A stretch of DNA of 64,000 nt from the human T2T-CHM13v2.0 reference genome, Homo sapiens: the NCBI RefSeq assembly GCF_009914755.1, contig NC_060936.1. The stretch is one strand, 5' to 3'. The notes under the pieces are model-generated. The model saw only the letters and a list, made by a program, of their open reading frames with translations, did not search any database and was not told the origin of the DNA. The position numbers and the translations under genes were made by a program. Each line of letters opens with the position of its first letter. Within the stretch, counting starts at the first letter, position 1. Below, in pieces: positions 12,858 to 30,290 of the stretch.

Positions 12858-15146
12858 GTAAGAGGAAAGATTTTAATTTGTCCTCGTTGTATTGTCTCAT
12901 TTTGCACAGCGGATGCTAAATTTCTTCTGTGTGTAAAATATCCATTAGCAATCAAACATGCTTAGTGATAGCACTCCATTCATTTAGCACTCATTAACGA
13001 ATATTGAGTGCCCACCAGATGCCATCCACTCTGCAAGGTGCTGGGGATACAGCGGTAACCAAGTCACATCATGGGCCTGCTCTCATGGAGTTTGTCGTCT
13101 TGTGGAGCTGAAGATGACCCTCAATGGTTGAACTGGAAGAAAAGTTGGACTTCTAATGTTGTAGAAATACATATTGCTTTTGAAAATAAAGAAAAAAGAG
13201 GTTCAGATTCATGGTCAACGAGATACCTTAAAGGTGGCTTAATTGCAGAATTTTGTTTAGTGTAATGGTCCCTTATCCTAATGTGTTGAGGCTTCCCCAG
13301 TAACCATCTTATGAACATAGCTTCCAACAGTCTTGGTAGCGATGGAGAGAAGACCAACATGGGCAGTGACCATTGCAAGTGAGGTCCTTTGGAAAGCCAG
13401 TGGGCCCTTGCTATGGCAGCACCACTCTTGACAACACATCAGTCCTGTCATTGGATGAGAGAAGGGAGCAAGGAGCATATTTAAGCATTTTCAAATGCAC
13501 ACGCCAACCGTGCCCTACGGAAAAAGGGAATTCCTGCCTTGCAGTCACAGTGGTGCAATAAGGAGGCATTTTCTCCCTAATGACGGCTCTTGTGTTATGA
13601 ATAATTGTACAGAGTCCTCTGTTATGAATAACTGTACAGCAGCCAGCTGACCTGTCTGTTGAGCTCACTGTGTTCTGTTTGAATGCCATATTAACAAGGA
13701 AATGGGCCACTTTCTCTTTTCCCTTACACTTTGCCATTTCAGAGAAATAGCAAGAACTTTACCACTTACGATGATTTAACATTTAATAAAGGAGAGCCAA
13801 AGTATTTAATGAGTGATAAATAATAAAATAATCAAGCTTCTAAGTTGTAACTGATCAGAACGAACAGATTTAAAGTTATTTGGCTGTTGTCACTTTCTGT
13901 TGTCTTCCTGGAGAAAAAAAATAATAATAATAACTTTCATACAAACTTCTACCAGTCCTGAATCAGAGTGAATAGATTTGGTGGAAAAGATTCTTAGGCA
14001 TCTAAACATAGGTATATCCAAATTCTAATTTCTCTCATCAGTCTGAAAAATAGCCAAATTTGGCGCTAATAGAGAATAGTAGAAAGTAGAATACCATAAT
14101 CCTTGAATATACCCAGGACTCTGATAAGTGGTTAAAATTCTGGAATATTTTTTTTCTTATGTCATTTATAAAAATTTAAGGATAATACTTCAGCTAAATG
14201 TAGTGGGAGGAAGTAGCTTGTTCATTAAATTAAAAGTGCTGCTTATACAACTTCCGTACCTAGCTAGGGCCTCACTATTACAAATTAATCACTGTTTATT
14301 TCTGGTCTGGTACATTTCAAAACTGCTTACCACCCAAACAACCACTGGTGTTTTCTTCCTCGCCCTAAGTCCCACTGTGGTTTACCCTAATCTTCCCAGA
14401 GACTTCCCACACAGCCACTGCCTCACTCTCTCCAGCTCACCACCACTCTCAAAGAAGATAAGAAGTTCGTAATTTGACTAAAGCTATCCTTTGAAACCAA
14501 CTTCGGACCAATTATTTTAATAGTGTTGATAAGCCATCTGATTCTATCTCTTGATCACATTATTTCAAAATATTTCCTACCCTATTGCCACCTTTGGCTT
14601 ACCTGAAAATCTCAGGTCTTTGTTTAAATAAACCTGACCCTGACCTATGGAGACGGCAGTCTAGGGTTGTGTTCAGTTCCACCTATTAGCTCTAATTCAA
14701 AGGCTATTTGCTACCTGCCTATCATATGCCTAGTAACATTCTAGTCACTTTGTAGGCAGAGAAAAACCTCCATATAATAAGAACCTCTGTTCACAGAAGC
14801 TTTATTTCTTTCCACAAAACAATTAAAAGATAGTACATCCTCATACTCACTATGGGATCAGCATTAAAAAGAAATAATCAGAGCAATTCCAGTTGTCCTG
14901 GAGGGATTTCTGTGAGGTTTTGTTGAGTAAAAACAGCAAGATGCATAAAAGTGTTCCTAGCATGATCTTATATTGATCAAAAAATGCCCCTGTATATGTT
15001 TATGTATATATGTCTCTATATGATTATTTGAGCATGGGCAAAAATATAGAAGAATTCAAACAAGGTTGTAAACATGGCCTCCCCTGGTGGAATGACTGAT
15101 GTGGTGGAGAAGGAAAGCAGAGATATGTAATAAAAATAGAAAAGAC

Positions 15147-17214
<2,068 letters not shown>

Positions 17215-17235
17215 TAGAGGAGAGACACTAGAAAC

Positions 17236-17661
<426 letters not shown>

Positions 17662-18018
17662 TAAATATAAAAAACATTACTTACTCATCTTAAGTGGCTG
17701 CATATCTGCAGAATCTAAATATGTTAGCTTTAAAAATTATTCAAATGAATTAACGTTAAATGAAGTGCTGAATGTTCAATAAATATTTAAATATCAATAA
17801 CCTTACTACATGTTAAATAAAACAAACTTTTAACTTCATGAATAAAAAGTCCTATTCATAAAAACAACAGAACTACTCAGCCATAAACTTAAAGAGCAAG
17901 GTACATATCCTGCATTAAAACCATTTTTACTAAGAGATATGTGTTGGAGTCAGCTACCAAAAATAGTAATTTTGCTTTGAACAACTTAGTTTAAGCCGTT
18001 CTTTGTAATAGTAGTTAG

Positions 18019-18342
<324 letters not shown>

Positions 18343-18700
18343 TAAGGCTATTTATAATTTATCATAGCAAAACCTTATTAATTAAAAACATAAGCATAAA
18401 GAAAAATAAAAACAAAAATACACCAAGTATTTTCTTAGAATATATGGAAAACATCTTGAACATATTCAGGCATGTTCTACATTTCTTGGTGAGAAGATAT
18501 CACAAAAATGTCACTTCTTCCTCACCTATTTTTCTTGATTTCATGTAATTCCAATGATTTTTGAGTTAGTGTTTATTTAAAATTAATATAAAATTCATCT
18601 GGAATATCATGAGCTGATCAAGAATATCCAAAACATATTTTGGAAAAAAAAAAGAAGTCAATTTAGGCAAGACCACTCCCATTAGATTGCAAACATAGAT

Positions 18701-18744
<44 letters not shown>
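18701..18744 (+). repeat. (GATA)11 tetranucleotide microsatellite
   Basis: Perfect GATA units read directly. Confidence 0.95.
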
Positions 18745-19135
18745 TCAAAAATAATTTAATCCATGATTCTGGTTTAAAAATAGGAATATAGATTCATAGA
18801 ATATAGTGGAAAGCTCAGAAATAGATGTAAAAATTTTAAAGAACAGATATCATAAAATAAGAGGAAACAAAAATTATTTCATAAAATGTGTGAGATAACT
18901 GGCTTATACTATGGAAACGTAATTTCATATTTTACATTAAATATAAAAATAAAATTTAGACTAATTAAGAAATTGATATGTAAAGCAAAGTCACAGAAGA
19001 ACCAACAGAAAATGAAGTTGAACATAATTTGAAAGTATGATCATTTATTTTACCTCTGAAGCAATATAGTATGTAATAACAAAAGAAAAATATTCATATA
19101 CATGATTTCCTTTTACAAAAAATAAGAGTTAACTT

Positions 19136-19437
<302 letters not shown>

Positions 19438-20239
19438 TTAACTAAAGCACACACTTCAGGAAAATATTTGCCACTAACAAAATATTCATCATAATGTAAT
19501 AACACTAAGAAAAATTAAAAAGAAAAACATCAATACACCAAAAAGTAAGTGGGCCAAAACACATATATTCTCACAAGAGGAGATTCAGAAAGTAGATATA
19601 AATATGGAAATATGTTCAACCTCACTAGTTTTCAAATAAATACAAATTAAAGCGATAATAAGCTATGCTAACACCCAGTGTTGGTGATGCCAATTAGCAC
19701 AACCTTTTTGGAAAGCAATTTGGCAGCATGTTTCAAAAGTCATAAATATATTCATTCCGTTTGAAGCATTAATTTCAGCCTTAGAATCCTGAGGAAATAA
19801 CTTGAAAGAAGAAAATCCCTAGGCATGAAGATGCTCTTGCCGTAGCATTTATAGAATTAGAAACCTGGAAATAATGAAACTGTTTAGCAATAACGAATGA
19901 TTCAGTAAAATAAGATATGTCGATCTGATAAGAGTGTTGTGCAGCAAGCAATTCTTTGGCCTTGTGAATGTTGCGGGCTAATTGACACCCCAGCTCCCTC
20001 TGCATCCCACCTGCCCTTTAAGTCTTCACTCCCTCTTTATCCAGCTTGATTCACGAAAAAGCCATCAGCCTGGTAAGGAGTCCTATACTGGGTTTCTTAG
20101 GACGAAGCTTCAGCTTTTTAACTGTACTCGCCTGGACCCCAAGTTACGCAAAAATACCTTCACCTCACTGGCTCCTCTCTCCTTCCACTGCACCTGAAAA
20201 AAACATGCTGTCTCCTCTTTTCAGGTCCACTCCAACCTG

Positions 20240-21095
20240 GTTTCTGCCCCAGTGTTCCCCTGAACCTGTTCTTGCTAAGGTCACTAGTGAACTCCATGCA
20301 GCCATTCCAGCGGACACTGTAAGGTCCTCATCTAACTTGGCTGTTAGCCAGCATTCTTGAAACTGTCTTTTCCATTGCTTTCCATGGCATGCCCACTCCA
20401 TGCTCTCCTCCTTCTCTGTGGCCAGGCCTCAATTCCCTTGCTGGGCCTTGCTGGTCCCTTCTCTCCCTGTCTCTAAATATTGGAGCCATTTAAGGCCCAG
20501 TTTTGGCTCTTCCTCTCTTCTTACTCTACATTTCGTCTGTAGACAATCTTATTCACTTCCATGGCTTTATAAATCATCTGTATGTTCATGTCTCCTTTAT
20601 CCCCACCCCAGATTGATCCTCTGAGCTCCAGGCCCATACCCAACTTGACACATTTGCTTGAGTATCACACAAGTATCTTGAACTACATACACCTAAAGCT
20701 GAAGTCTTGAATCTTCTACCCATCTGCCTCTCCATCAGTATGCCCCATCTCCATGTATGGTACCTCCATCCATCCCATTTGCTCACCAGCATCCTCCATA
20801 TCCACATCCCCCACTTCCAGTCCTGCCCCATGCCACTTCTAAGGGGTACCTTGACTGCCTCGTTCTTTCCCTTTTCATTGTACCATCTTAGCTCAGTCAT
20901 TTCTTGATGATTCCTTGATACCATGTGACCTTCCAGTTTTATTCTGGTGGAATGTTCTATACTTCTACTAGTCTATAAGCTCTTTGAGGGCAAGGACCAT
21001 AGCTGTTTGGTTCACTGGTATATTCAGTACATTGTGCAGCACTTGGCACATGTTGCAAGCTTGATGAACATTTATGGAATAAATAAATGGAATAA
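20240..21095 (+). mobile_element. L2 fragment
   Basis: Pyrimidine-rich L2 body ending in ...aacatttatggaataaataaatgg. Boundaries approximate. Confidence 0.65.
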
Positions 21096-21852
21096 TTATA
21101 GTTATGTAAAAGCTACATATGTGAGAACTAGAAGGAAATGTGGAAACTTTAAAAGAGTTGGTGAAAATGTGATTTTTAAAAATTCTGATACTCTTGTTAT
21201 AACGTTTGAGTGTGAATTCAATTTAAGACATATATGTATACAAGATAAGATGTGTGGTGCGGATATAAATGCTGCGTTGAAGATTCAGCATGAATGAGAG
21301 TTCAGGCATTTGTTGAAGATGAGTTAGTGGGAATGGTTTGGGATCTTTCACTGTGCTCAGAATTCCCTAAAGATAATTGAACTCCAGTCCAGGTGAAGTG
21401 GACTGAAAGAACTTGCCTTCTTCCAGCATGATAATATGGCCAGAACTTTTTGAAAATGGGAAGATAGGGGTGACCTCCGGGGACTAGATTAGACTTAGCA
21501 AGCTTATCAAAGAACCAGGGAGACAGCAGAGTCTTAGGTGGCAGTGCCTAAGTCTGGGAGGAAGTGAGAAGTATAACAGAAGACAGAGAGCTGCCAGGTT
21601 GTCTAGACTATGGCTCTTCATAGGGGGTGATAAGGTTACCACTTCCTGCACTCCCAGGTTCCTTTTACTTAGCGCTCATTCCCATCAGATCCCATCATGC
21701 GCCTGATGCAAAAGGAGTCCACTGTTGGCATGTTAATTCCTATAATTTCCCTTCTGAACAGGACACCTGGCTGCCTTGTTCCTTTGGACCATTTCCTTGG
21801 GAAAAAGTTACTTTGGGGACATTTCAAGATTGTCTTTTTGTGTCCCTACTAT

Positions 21853-21920
21853 ACACACACACACACACACGTACAGGCACACAGATGTATCCCTGTACAC
21901 ATACAAACATACACACACAA
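21853..21920 (+). repeat. Imperfect (CA)n microsatellite
   Basis: CA runs read directly. Confidence 0.85.
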
Positions 21921-22109
21921 AAACACTCCCTCCACCCAATTTTGATCATATGTTTGACCACAAGCAAAACCTTAACTAATTCTAAAGCACATTTCACAGG
22001 CCACCTTCTTTAATCATTATCTAACAATATTAGCAATAAGGAATAGTTGACAAATGTATCTTCACACCTAGGATCATCAAGGCACGCTGTCTTAAATGAA
22101 CCCCAGATC

Positions 22110-22935
22110 AAAGAGAAACAGATGAAAAAAGTCATGTGTTTGGATGGGAATAATTAATATCATAAAGACAGAAATTTTTCTAACATTAAGGCATATATTT
22201 AATACAATTTCATTTAGACTCAGTCCCCTCAACCCCTTTGGATAAAATGAATATAGATGAATAATGCTCAGGAAATGGTAAGAAAATTATGAAAATAGAG
22301 ATAAAGCAGGAGAGATTTGCCTTATCAGATGCTAAATATATTTAAAATTACAGGAGTAAAAACTTAATGGCATTGGAATAGAAGTAGATCAATAGATTAT
22401 TAGAGCAGAGCAGAGTTCAGAAATAGATTCCAGATAAATGGAAATTTAATATAGGACAAAATGATATTTCAGTTCAGTGGGAAAAGGAGGTTTGTTTTTG
22501 TTTAATAAATGGCTGTGACATAATTGATTAACCATCTGGATAAAGTTGGACCCTTATCTCACACTGTATATAAAAATAAATTCCAGATGGATTAAAGATA
22601 TAAGCTTAAAAAATAAAGCAATAAAGATGTTGGAACAATTTTATATTTGTCCATAAGCTAGAGTTTGGGAAGCACTTTATAGCCGAGACAAGAAACCCTG
22701 TATTTGATTACTCAAAAGCACATTGTGTAAGGGTAAAAGATGCCACAAGCAAAAGTTACAAGACAAACAATAGATTAGGAGAAAAATATGTGTCAGAAAT
22801 ATGACAGATAAAGATTAATATCTACACCATACAGAGAGCTCTTGAAAATTGATAAGAAAAATATACACACAAAGCAGAAAAATGGTCAAAGAATAAGAAT
22901 ATGCTCTTTACAGAAGAGCAAACCAAATAGCCAAC
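22110..22935 (+). mobile_element. Ancient L1M fragment
   Basis: Degenerate ORF2 text (gacccttatctcacactgtatataaaaataaattccagatggattaaaga). Confidence 0.65.
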
Positions 22936-22951
22936 AAAACATCTATTCTTT

Positions 22952-22958
22952 TATATTT

Positions 22959-22989
<31 letters not shown>

Positions 22990-23018
22990 TGGAGGCAGTG
23001 TCTTGCTCTGTCACCCAG
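22952..23018 (-). mobile_element. Extremely 5'-truncated Alu (about 28 bp of body plus (TTTA)n tail)
   Basis: Perfect 15-bp TSD AAACATCTATTCTTT at 22937-22951 and 23019-23033. Confidence 0.85.
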
Positions 23019-23156
23019 AAACATCTATTCTTTACATCAGCTCTTCTGAGAAATTCTCCCTCCTGTGGCAGGTCAAAGGGTGAGATCATATGAGGCTCTA
23101 TGATGGATGGAAATGAGGCAAAAATCATCATTTTTCCCCATATCTTCCCCGCACAG

Positions 23157-23304
23157 ACTACAGTGACTATGGTGGGAAGCTTCTCTCCAAGACACTCAAA
23201 GTGCATGGTGAAGAATGTGGACTCTAGCAGGGAGCTCTGCCAGAATAAAAGTCAGCCCAACCGGACCTGCACCTGTAGCATCCCAACCAGAGCAACCTAC
23301 AAAG
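23157..23304 (+). CDS. PLXNC1: PLXNC1 exon 6, 148 nt: TTVTMVGSFSPRHSKCMVKNVDSSRELCQNKSQPNRTCTCSIPTRATYK(D)
   Basis: cccgcacag| acceptor, G|gtatgt donor; phase 0 start continues the previous exon. Confidence 0.96.
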
Positions 23305-24740
23305 GTATGTGGATTCTTCTGGGTTATTTTTGTTATAAAATCAAAAAAACAAGGGAACCTCCTGAGTTTAGTTTGCCCAAGGAATATGAATAGTTCCCCC
23401 TCTGTAGACTCACTCCCTCACTACCCCCTGGTTCCCACTTTTGCTCTGGGTCCTCCTCACCTCTGGTTTACCTCATTCATTTACTCCAAGACCCCACTAT
23501 CAGATATGCCTGGACAATGACAAGAGAAGGGCAAGTTGGATAGGAGAGTGCAGAAAAGCCAGATAGCACTGGGCCGACTACCCAAATGGTTTAGATAATT
23601 CAGAGATCTGAAAAGCAAGAAATGCCCTGGGTGAGATGAGAAATTTTAACAACCAATGTTCCATCAATTTGAGTTCATTGCATTCATACATCCATCCAGG
23701 AAGTATTTACTGAACATCTACTATATGTGAGGCACTATGCTAGGTACTAGGGATACAGTGACTCCCCCTTGCCCCTAAAAAAAAGACTGTACACTGGGAT
23801 AGAGAGAAGTAAGTAGCTCATTACAATGCAGTGTGTAAATACAGGGAACATAGAGTACCATGAGAAGCACATGAAAAATGTACCTTACCAGACATGGTGG
23901 AGGGGGAAGGGGTAAGGAAAGCTTCCTGGAGGAAGTGATGTCCAGACAAGGTGAGGGTAGAGTTGAGCCAGACAAAGAGGATGGGGATGGGTATTTCAGA
24001 CAGAGACCAACCTGCATGATGGCCAGGAGACAAAAAGCTTTATTTGAAGAACCAGAAGAGCTTCTACATGGCCAAGGCACATGGGGTAGGGGAAGGTGGA
24101 AAGGGGAGACGGAGGGAAGATAGATACCAAAGGAGGCAGCCAGGGGACCATGAAGGGCCTTGTGAACCGTGAATCCTGCGAGCTGTGATGAGACACTGAA
24201 AGGTTTAAGCCGGAGGCTGGCAGCACAATCAGATTTTTATTACAGAAAGGTTCCATTGTGCATTGTCTGTCTTTCCTGCTGGAATGTAAGCCCCATGGAG
24301 GCAGGGACTTGGAGAAGACATCTTCACTGCTGTGCTTAGAACAGTATCTGGCACAACGTAGGCATTCACAATCAATAAATGTTTCTTGAATGAATGAATG
24401 GCTTGAAGGTGGAGAATGGACCAAAGAAGGGAAAGACTGAAAGACTGAGTTCCAACAGATCACTTGGAGGGGTCCAAGTGAGAGAGAAAGTGAAAGCGGA
24501 AAGCTACTGGAGGGTCCAGGTGAGAGGGAAAGTGAGAGCTGGAGGAGAAGCCAAGGGGGATGGAGAGAAGTGGATTCAATAGATGGTCAGTAGGTACGGT
24601 GGGCAGACTGAGGACTCCTGAGTCTCTTCGAATGAGAAAGACTAGAAGTAGAGTTGAGTTCATGGAGTAGGTCTCCAGGACTGAGTGATGATCATTAATG
24701 GAGCTGAGTGGGTTTTATGGTGAGAGCTGGAGTTACCCAA

Positions 24741-25105
24741 TATCTTAGTCCATTCTGGCTGCTATAACAAAATACCTTAGACTGGATAATTTATAAACAA
24801 TAGAAATGTATTGCTTACAGCCCTGGTGACTGGGGAGTCCAAGGTCAAGGCTCCAGCAGATTCAGTGTCTGGTAATGGCTTGGCCTCTGACTTCGCAGAT
24901 GGTGCCTTGTTGCTGTATTCTCACATACAGAAGGGGCAGGGGAGCTCTCTTAAGCCTCTTCTATAAGGACACTAATCACATTCATGAGGGTGCAGCCCTC
25001 ATGATTTAATCACTTCACAAAGGCCCCGTGGCTTAATACTATCACATTGGGTATTAGATTCCAACTTATGAATTTAGGGGAGACATAAATATTCTGACCA
25101 TAGCA
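24741..25105 (-). mobile_element. MaLR (MLT1A/MST-like) solo LTR
   Basis: tatcttagtccatt...accatagca; TSD CCCAA on both sides. Confidence 0.82.
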
Positions 25106-26271
25106 CCCAATTGATCCTAAATCCTTCAAAAGGCAATTTAATGCACCAGGCCAGAGAAGTGAGCTTAAAAATGCTCTCAGCCACTGGGTGGTGGCTGTTT
25201 GGGTCTGATTGCTTGGAAAATCACCTCAATTTTCCACTTTACTTTGTCCACACTGTGCAGCCTTTGTGATGCATTTCTGGTTAATTTTGTTCATTAAAAC
25301 GCAGACCTTGCTCACCTATAAAATATGCCTCTAAAGTATTTGAGATCACCTTGTAAAGCTAGTTGGTTGCTTTTAGCGCCTCCATCCGTTGCACCCAACC
25401 CTTCACCTGCCGTTTTCTGAATATCTTACATATTCTGAACGGGCAAACAAATTTGCTTCCCAGCCTCTTGTACTCAGCCAGCCGGTGACCATTGCCAAGC
25501 CTTTATCCATGGCCTTCTTTAAACCTAGAATGGCTTCCCCCTTTCACAAAATCCTGTCTCCCTTTCTGCTTTGAAACATTGGAGAAAAGTCACCTCTTCC
25601 ACATGCCCTTGCCAGATTCTGCTCTGACTTTCTCAGCCATTCTAACACCCCTTTGGTCCTCCATGCACACCCCTATCTTGGCACCCAGGTTACCAGAGGG
25701 AACTGAAACCACTCATATGGTTGTTTCCTTGACTGTGCTGTCATCACCTAAATTATTTTACCTCTTCCAGAATAACTGTAAATGCTTTCCTAGAAGAAAT
25801 CATGAATATTCATTTCCTTGTGATATTTCCAAATAGAGTTTTGTGCCTATTTGGTGCTTGAAAAAAAGTATGACTTTTGCAGTCTTCATCACCGGACACT
25901 TATAGATTCCACTGGAGTGTATTTTCACTGGGAGTCCCTCTGAGCTGACTGTCCCTGTGTTCATTCTACTCACATGTATCAAGTGTCTGTTCAGAGGCTT
26001 TTGCAGAGAGGTCATGCCAGCCCTCCAAGCCTCTTTGTCTTGAGAACAGAAGATGATCATTTCACACACACCCTCTGTACGTGAACCGAATTTTATGTGG
26101 AATTCTGACTTTCAGAGGGAGTGTTATTGCTGTGGAGAAGGACCTTAAAGTAAGGGTTTTTAGACTTTGGGAACCACACACTAATAAAATTTCAATGAGA
26201 AAATTAGGGTTGCCAACGGAGTCAAGCCAGCTTCTTATTTTGTCAAGACTTAGATTTAAAAAGCACCCTCT

Positions 26272-26421
26272 CGGCCAGGCATGGTGGCACACGCCTGTAA
26301 TCCCAGCACTTTGGGAGGCTGAGGCGGGCAGATCACTTGAGGTCAGGAGTTCAAGACCAGCCTAGCCAACATGGTGAAACCCCGTCTCAATTAAAATAAA
26401 TAAATAAACAAACAAATAAAT
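26272..26421 (+). mobile_element. Alu left monomer
   Basis: Alu 5' half followed by a (TAAA/CAAA)n tail. Confidence 0.85.
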
Positions 26422-27368
26422 AGTACCACCTCCTATTCCTATTAATTCACCAAAGGAAAAAGATATTAATACCTTGTTATTAGCACTGGTCCGTGGACAG
26501 AAGGGGATTTGAAAGGTGCTATTCTGTGTTGTGGCCCCAAACCTGGGCTCTATACAATTGTTCCATGGGGAGCAATGCAACCACAGGTTCCTGGGTCCAC
26601 CCCAGGCTTGCTAAATCAGAATATTTAGGGGCATGGCCCTGGGATCTATAGCTTTGTAAATTTCTCAGGTGATTCTGATAGAGAACTGGGTTTGGGAATC
26701 ACTACCTTGGATAGAGCATATATGTTTAAAGAGATACAGGAAATACTACATTTCTCTAATGCTGATTTAGTAGTTTTGAAATCCTTGTTATTTTGTTCTT
26801 TTGGGGTTTTCTAACCAATGAGTAGGTTTTCAAAGGCAAATAAGAAAACCTTTATCACAGATTTGGTGACAGTTGACCCCAAGAAGATCGTGGAACCCAG
26901 CCCATGGAAACTACACTTTAGAGTATGTTAGGTAAATATTTGCAGCGTGGATTTTTCTGAAGGTGCAGGATTTCTAATGCTCCGGTTTTCATGTTCTAGG
27001 CACTTCTTGCTCGGTGACTTGTTTTGTTCTTATGCCTTGGCCAATTAAAAGCTGAGATAGTGATCCCTAGGAGAGTATGAGATGTAAATGAGCTGTAAAA
27101 TGGCTTCTTCCTAGTGATTATTCATGGGAGGCTTGGAACTCGAGGTGGGTTCAGTCTGTTTGGAGGCTTGAGCTGTGCACTTCGGCTGCCTGATGCGAAT
27201 GGCCTATGGGGAAGGAACCACATACTGATTGAAATGTTAGCAAACAGCTGGCACGCTCCTGCCCACTATGCAGAGGAAGCAAAAATATTTATCTTTTTTT
27301 GCATTTACAGCTATGCTTGACTATAGCAGGACTCCACCGTAAATGACATTTTCCCCCCTTCCCTCCAG

Positions 27369-27456
27369 ATGTTTCAGTTGTCAACGTGATGTTCTCCTTC
27401 GGTTCTTGGAATTTATCAGACAGATTCAACTTTACCAACTGCTCATCATTAAAAGA
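27369..27456 (+). CDS. PLXNC1: PLXNC1 exon 7, 88 nt: (D)VSVVNVMFSFGSWNLSDRFNFTNCSSLK(E)
   Basis: ccctccag| acceptor, GA|gtaaga donor; phases 1 to 2 are compatible. Confidence 0.95.
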
Positions 27457-27762
27457 GTAAGATTTTATTTGAAATTTGAATATTCTCTCGTTGATCTTAA
27501 TTTACTTATTTGTTTGACTCCTCGATTTCCTAAAGAACTCTTTTGTGAGACAGAACTTTCCAAAATGCCTTTTGAAGCATGGTGTAATGGGAGATAGGAG
27601 AGCCACCGAGCTAATAAGCTCCGCTCGCACATTCTAGCCCTGACTAGTAAGCTGGCGCTGTGAGGGAGAGAAATCCCCTGTGCTTAAGTGTTCATACCCA
27701 CAGGGAAATATGTCTTCCCAGGACCGAGAGGCAGCCTTGAAGTAAGTAAAGAAGAAGGGACA

Positions 27763-28064
<302 letters not shown>

Positions 28065-29530
28065 CTAGGTTCTCTTCTGATTGGAATGGCTTCGGGAATT
28101 TGGGCGGAACGAGAAGCCTTGAGTGTAGGGGTAAAAAGTCTTACTTGAGAAGGACAAGGTGAAGTCCCTTTCACCAAAAGAACATGTTCCTGCTGCCCCC
28201 CTTTTCACCATCTTTGGCCTCTTTGAGCTACATAGGCCCCTGAGTTAGTGCCAAACCTCACTCCTTGCTTCTAAAGCAGCAAGAGGACAGAGGAAATATG
28301 TTTCTCAGATGCCTGACTTGCCAATTGGAAGTTGGGATGGAGGCCTGCAGGGCACCTTGGGAGGCTGCATGAGTAGCAGTGCTGTAGATCACTGCATAGT
28401 TTGATTGACCAGTTATGTGAGCACCAAATGGGAGTTTCTTTTGTCCTGGCCTGGGAACCATGGTTTCTATGGGGAAAATGAATTTGAACTTGAAGCTGAG
28501 CTAGGAGGCTGCTCTTGAATGATTAGAACAGGAGCCCCTGGGCCTCATCTCTTCCACTGAGGCACTTTGAAAAAGATGACACAAGGCCCAGTTCAATTAT
28601 TGCTAAGAAACAGAATGGATTTAAGGAGAAAAAAATACAAAAATTGCTACAGAAAGCCTCAGAAGTTCATGAAAATAGGAAAAAAGGGTGTGAATTAAAT
28701 AGAATTATATAGCTCAAAGACAGTTGAAAGAACGTAGCTCCCCCGATGCCCACTTTAAGGCCAGATGAAAGGAACCGACTAGCCCCAGGTCCCACAACTT
28801 GGTAATTAAGAACCAGACCTCAGACCTAGGTCCCCCAGGGAGGGTGAGCGCCCTTTCCATAGGTAACTGCTTCCTGTTAGGAAAGCACTTAGTACAGTAA
28901 TCACACCCTGGGGGTAGAAGAAGCGAGCAAATCACAAACCCGCGTCTAGCTCACTTAGGTGGCCGGATCCACGCAAAAGCCAGTGTGTCCTCTCCTTCCA
29001 CGGAAACTGCAGTTTCTGTAGATCAGAATCTCAGAATGTTTCCTCATTTCTTGGAGAAGGTATAAAACAAACTGGGTCCCCCGGCCCTGTGCTAGCACCC
29101 CTTGCTAGAGCTAAGGCTTCCTCTGGCCTCCCTTGGCCCTGTTTCCAGATCAACCCTGATTTCCCTTTTTAACATTCCTTCTCATAAGTGCTTTTCAAGT
29201 CCTCCACAGTTTACCCAATCATGATAGGTGATTTGATTAGTAGAAACACAATTCTTCCTTAATTTGATTATAAAGCAAACACAGGCACCTCGTTGCCTCT
29301 GCTTGCCAGCTAACACTTTCTGTCTCACATCTTCCAGGCAGTTGGCAGTGTGACTGCTGGAGTGAGTGAGGGCTTCCTGATTTTGGAAGGCAGAGTGGGT
29401 AGAGGCGGGGAGAGAGAGAGATCCATCTCCAGAGGGACTTACCTGAGGGTAGACAAATAGCAGAACTGGATTCAGAAACAGATTCATTGGGTTCCTATTA
29501 TCTACAGACCAGCAGGTGACCCAGCTTCAG

Positions 29531-29544
29531 GTTTCCATGGCAAC
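29531..29544. promoter_or_regulatory. Consensus RFX X-box GTTTCCATGGCAAC flanked by two CAGGTG E-boxes
   Basis: Exact match to GTTNCCATGGNAAC; E-boxes at 29513-29518 and 29552-29557; function untested. Confidence 0.45.
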
Positions 29545-29746
29545 ACCCCTGCAGGTGCCATTCCGGCCCATCAACCTGAGGGCTTCCAAGAGCAGGGCAC
29601 AAAGCCTCACAGGAATGTCTGTCCAGGGATTTTTTTTTTTTTTTTGCCTTCTTTTAAATGCTTGCATGCCACATCACAGAGGGAAATTCTAGGATGTGAA
29701 CATTGTCCTAAAACGCAGGAATTAAGTCAGTTTTCTGTGTTGCTAG

Positions 29747-29849
29747 ATGCCCAGCATGCGTAGAAACTGGCTGCGCGTGGTGTAAAAGTGCAAGAAGGTG
29801 TATCCACCCCTTCACAGCTTGCGACCCTTCTGATTATGAGAGAAACCAG
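29747..29849 (+). CDS. PLXNC1: PLXNC1 exon 8, 103 nt, PSI domain: (E)CPACVETGCAWCKSARRCIHPFTACDPSDYERNQ
   Basis: tgctag| acceptor, CAG|gtaaag donor; CxxC...CxWC PSI motif. Confidence 0.96.
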
Positions 29850-29884
29850 GTAAAGTGACATTTTTGGTATTGTAAGTCTTAACC

Positions 29885-30175
<291 letters not shown>

Positions 30176-30290
30176 GGTTTAACCAAAAATAAATGTTTGT
30201 GACTGCCTGGTCCTACCTTCTCTTTTATGTTTGTTGCACACTTTGAATTTACCACCCATCTGGATGTTGAAGGGATGTTCTCCATTCCAG

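Noticed and set aside
23996-24463. 155-aa minus-strand ORF
   Set aside because: Lies in L2 remnants; random composition
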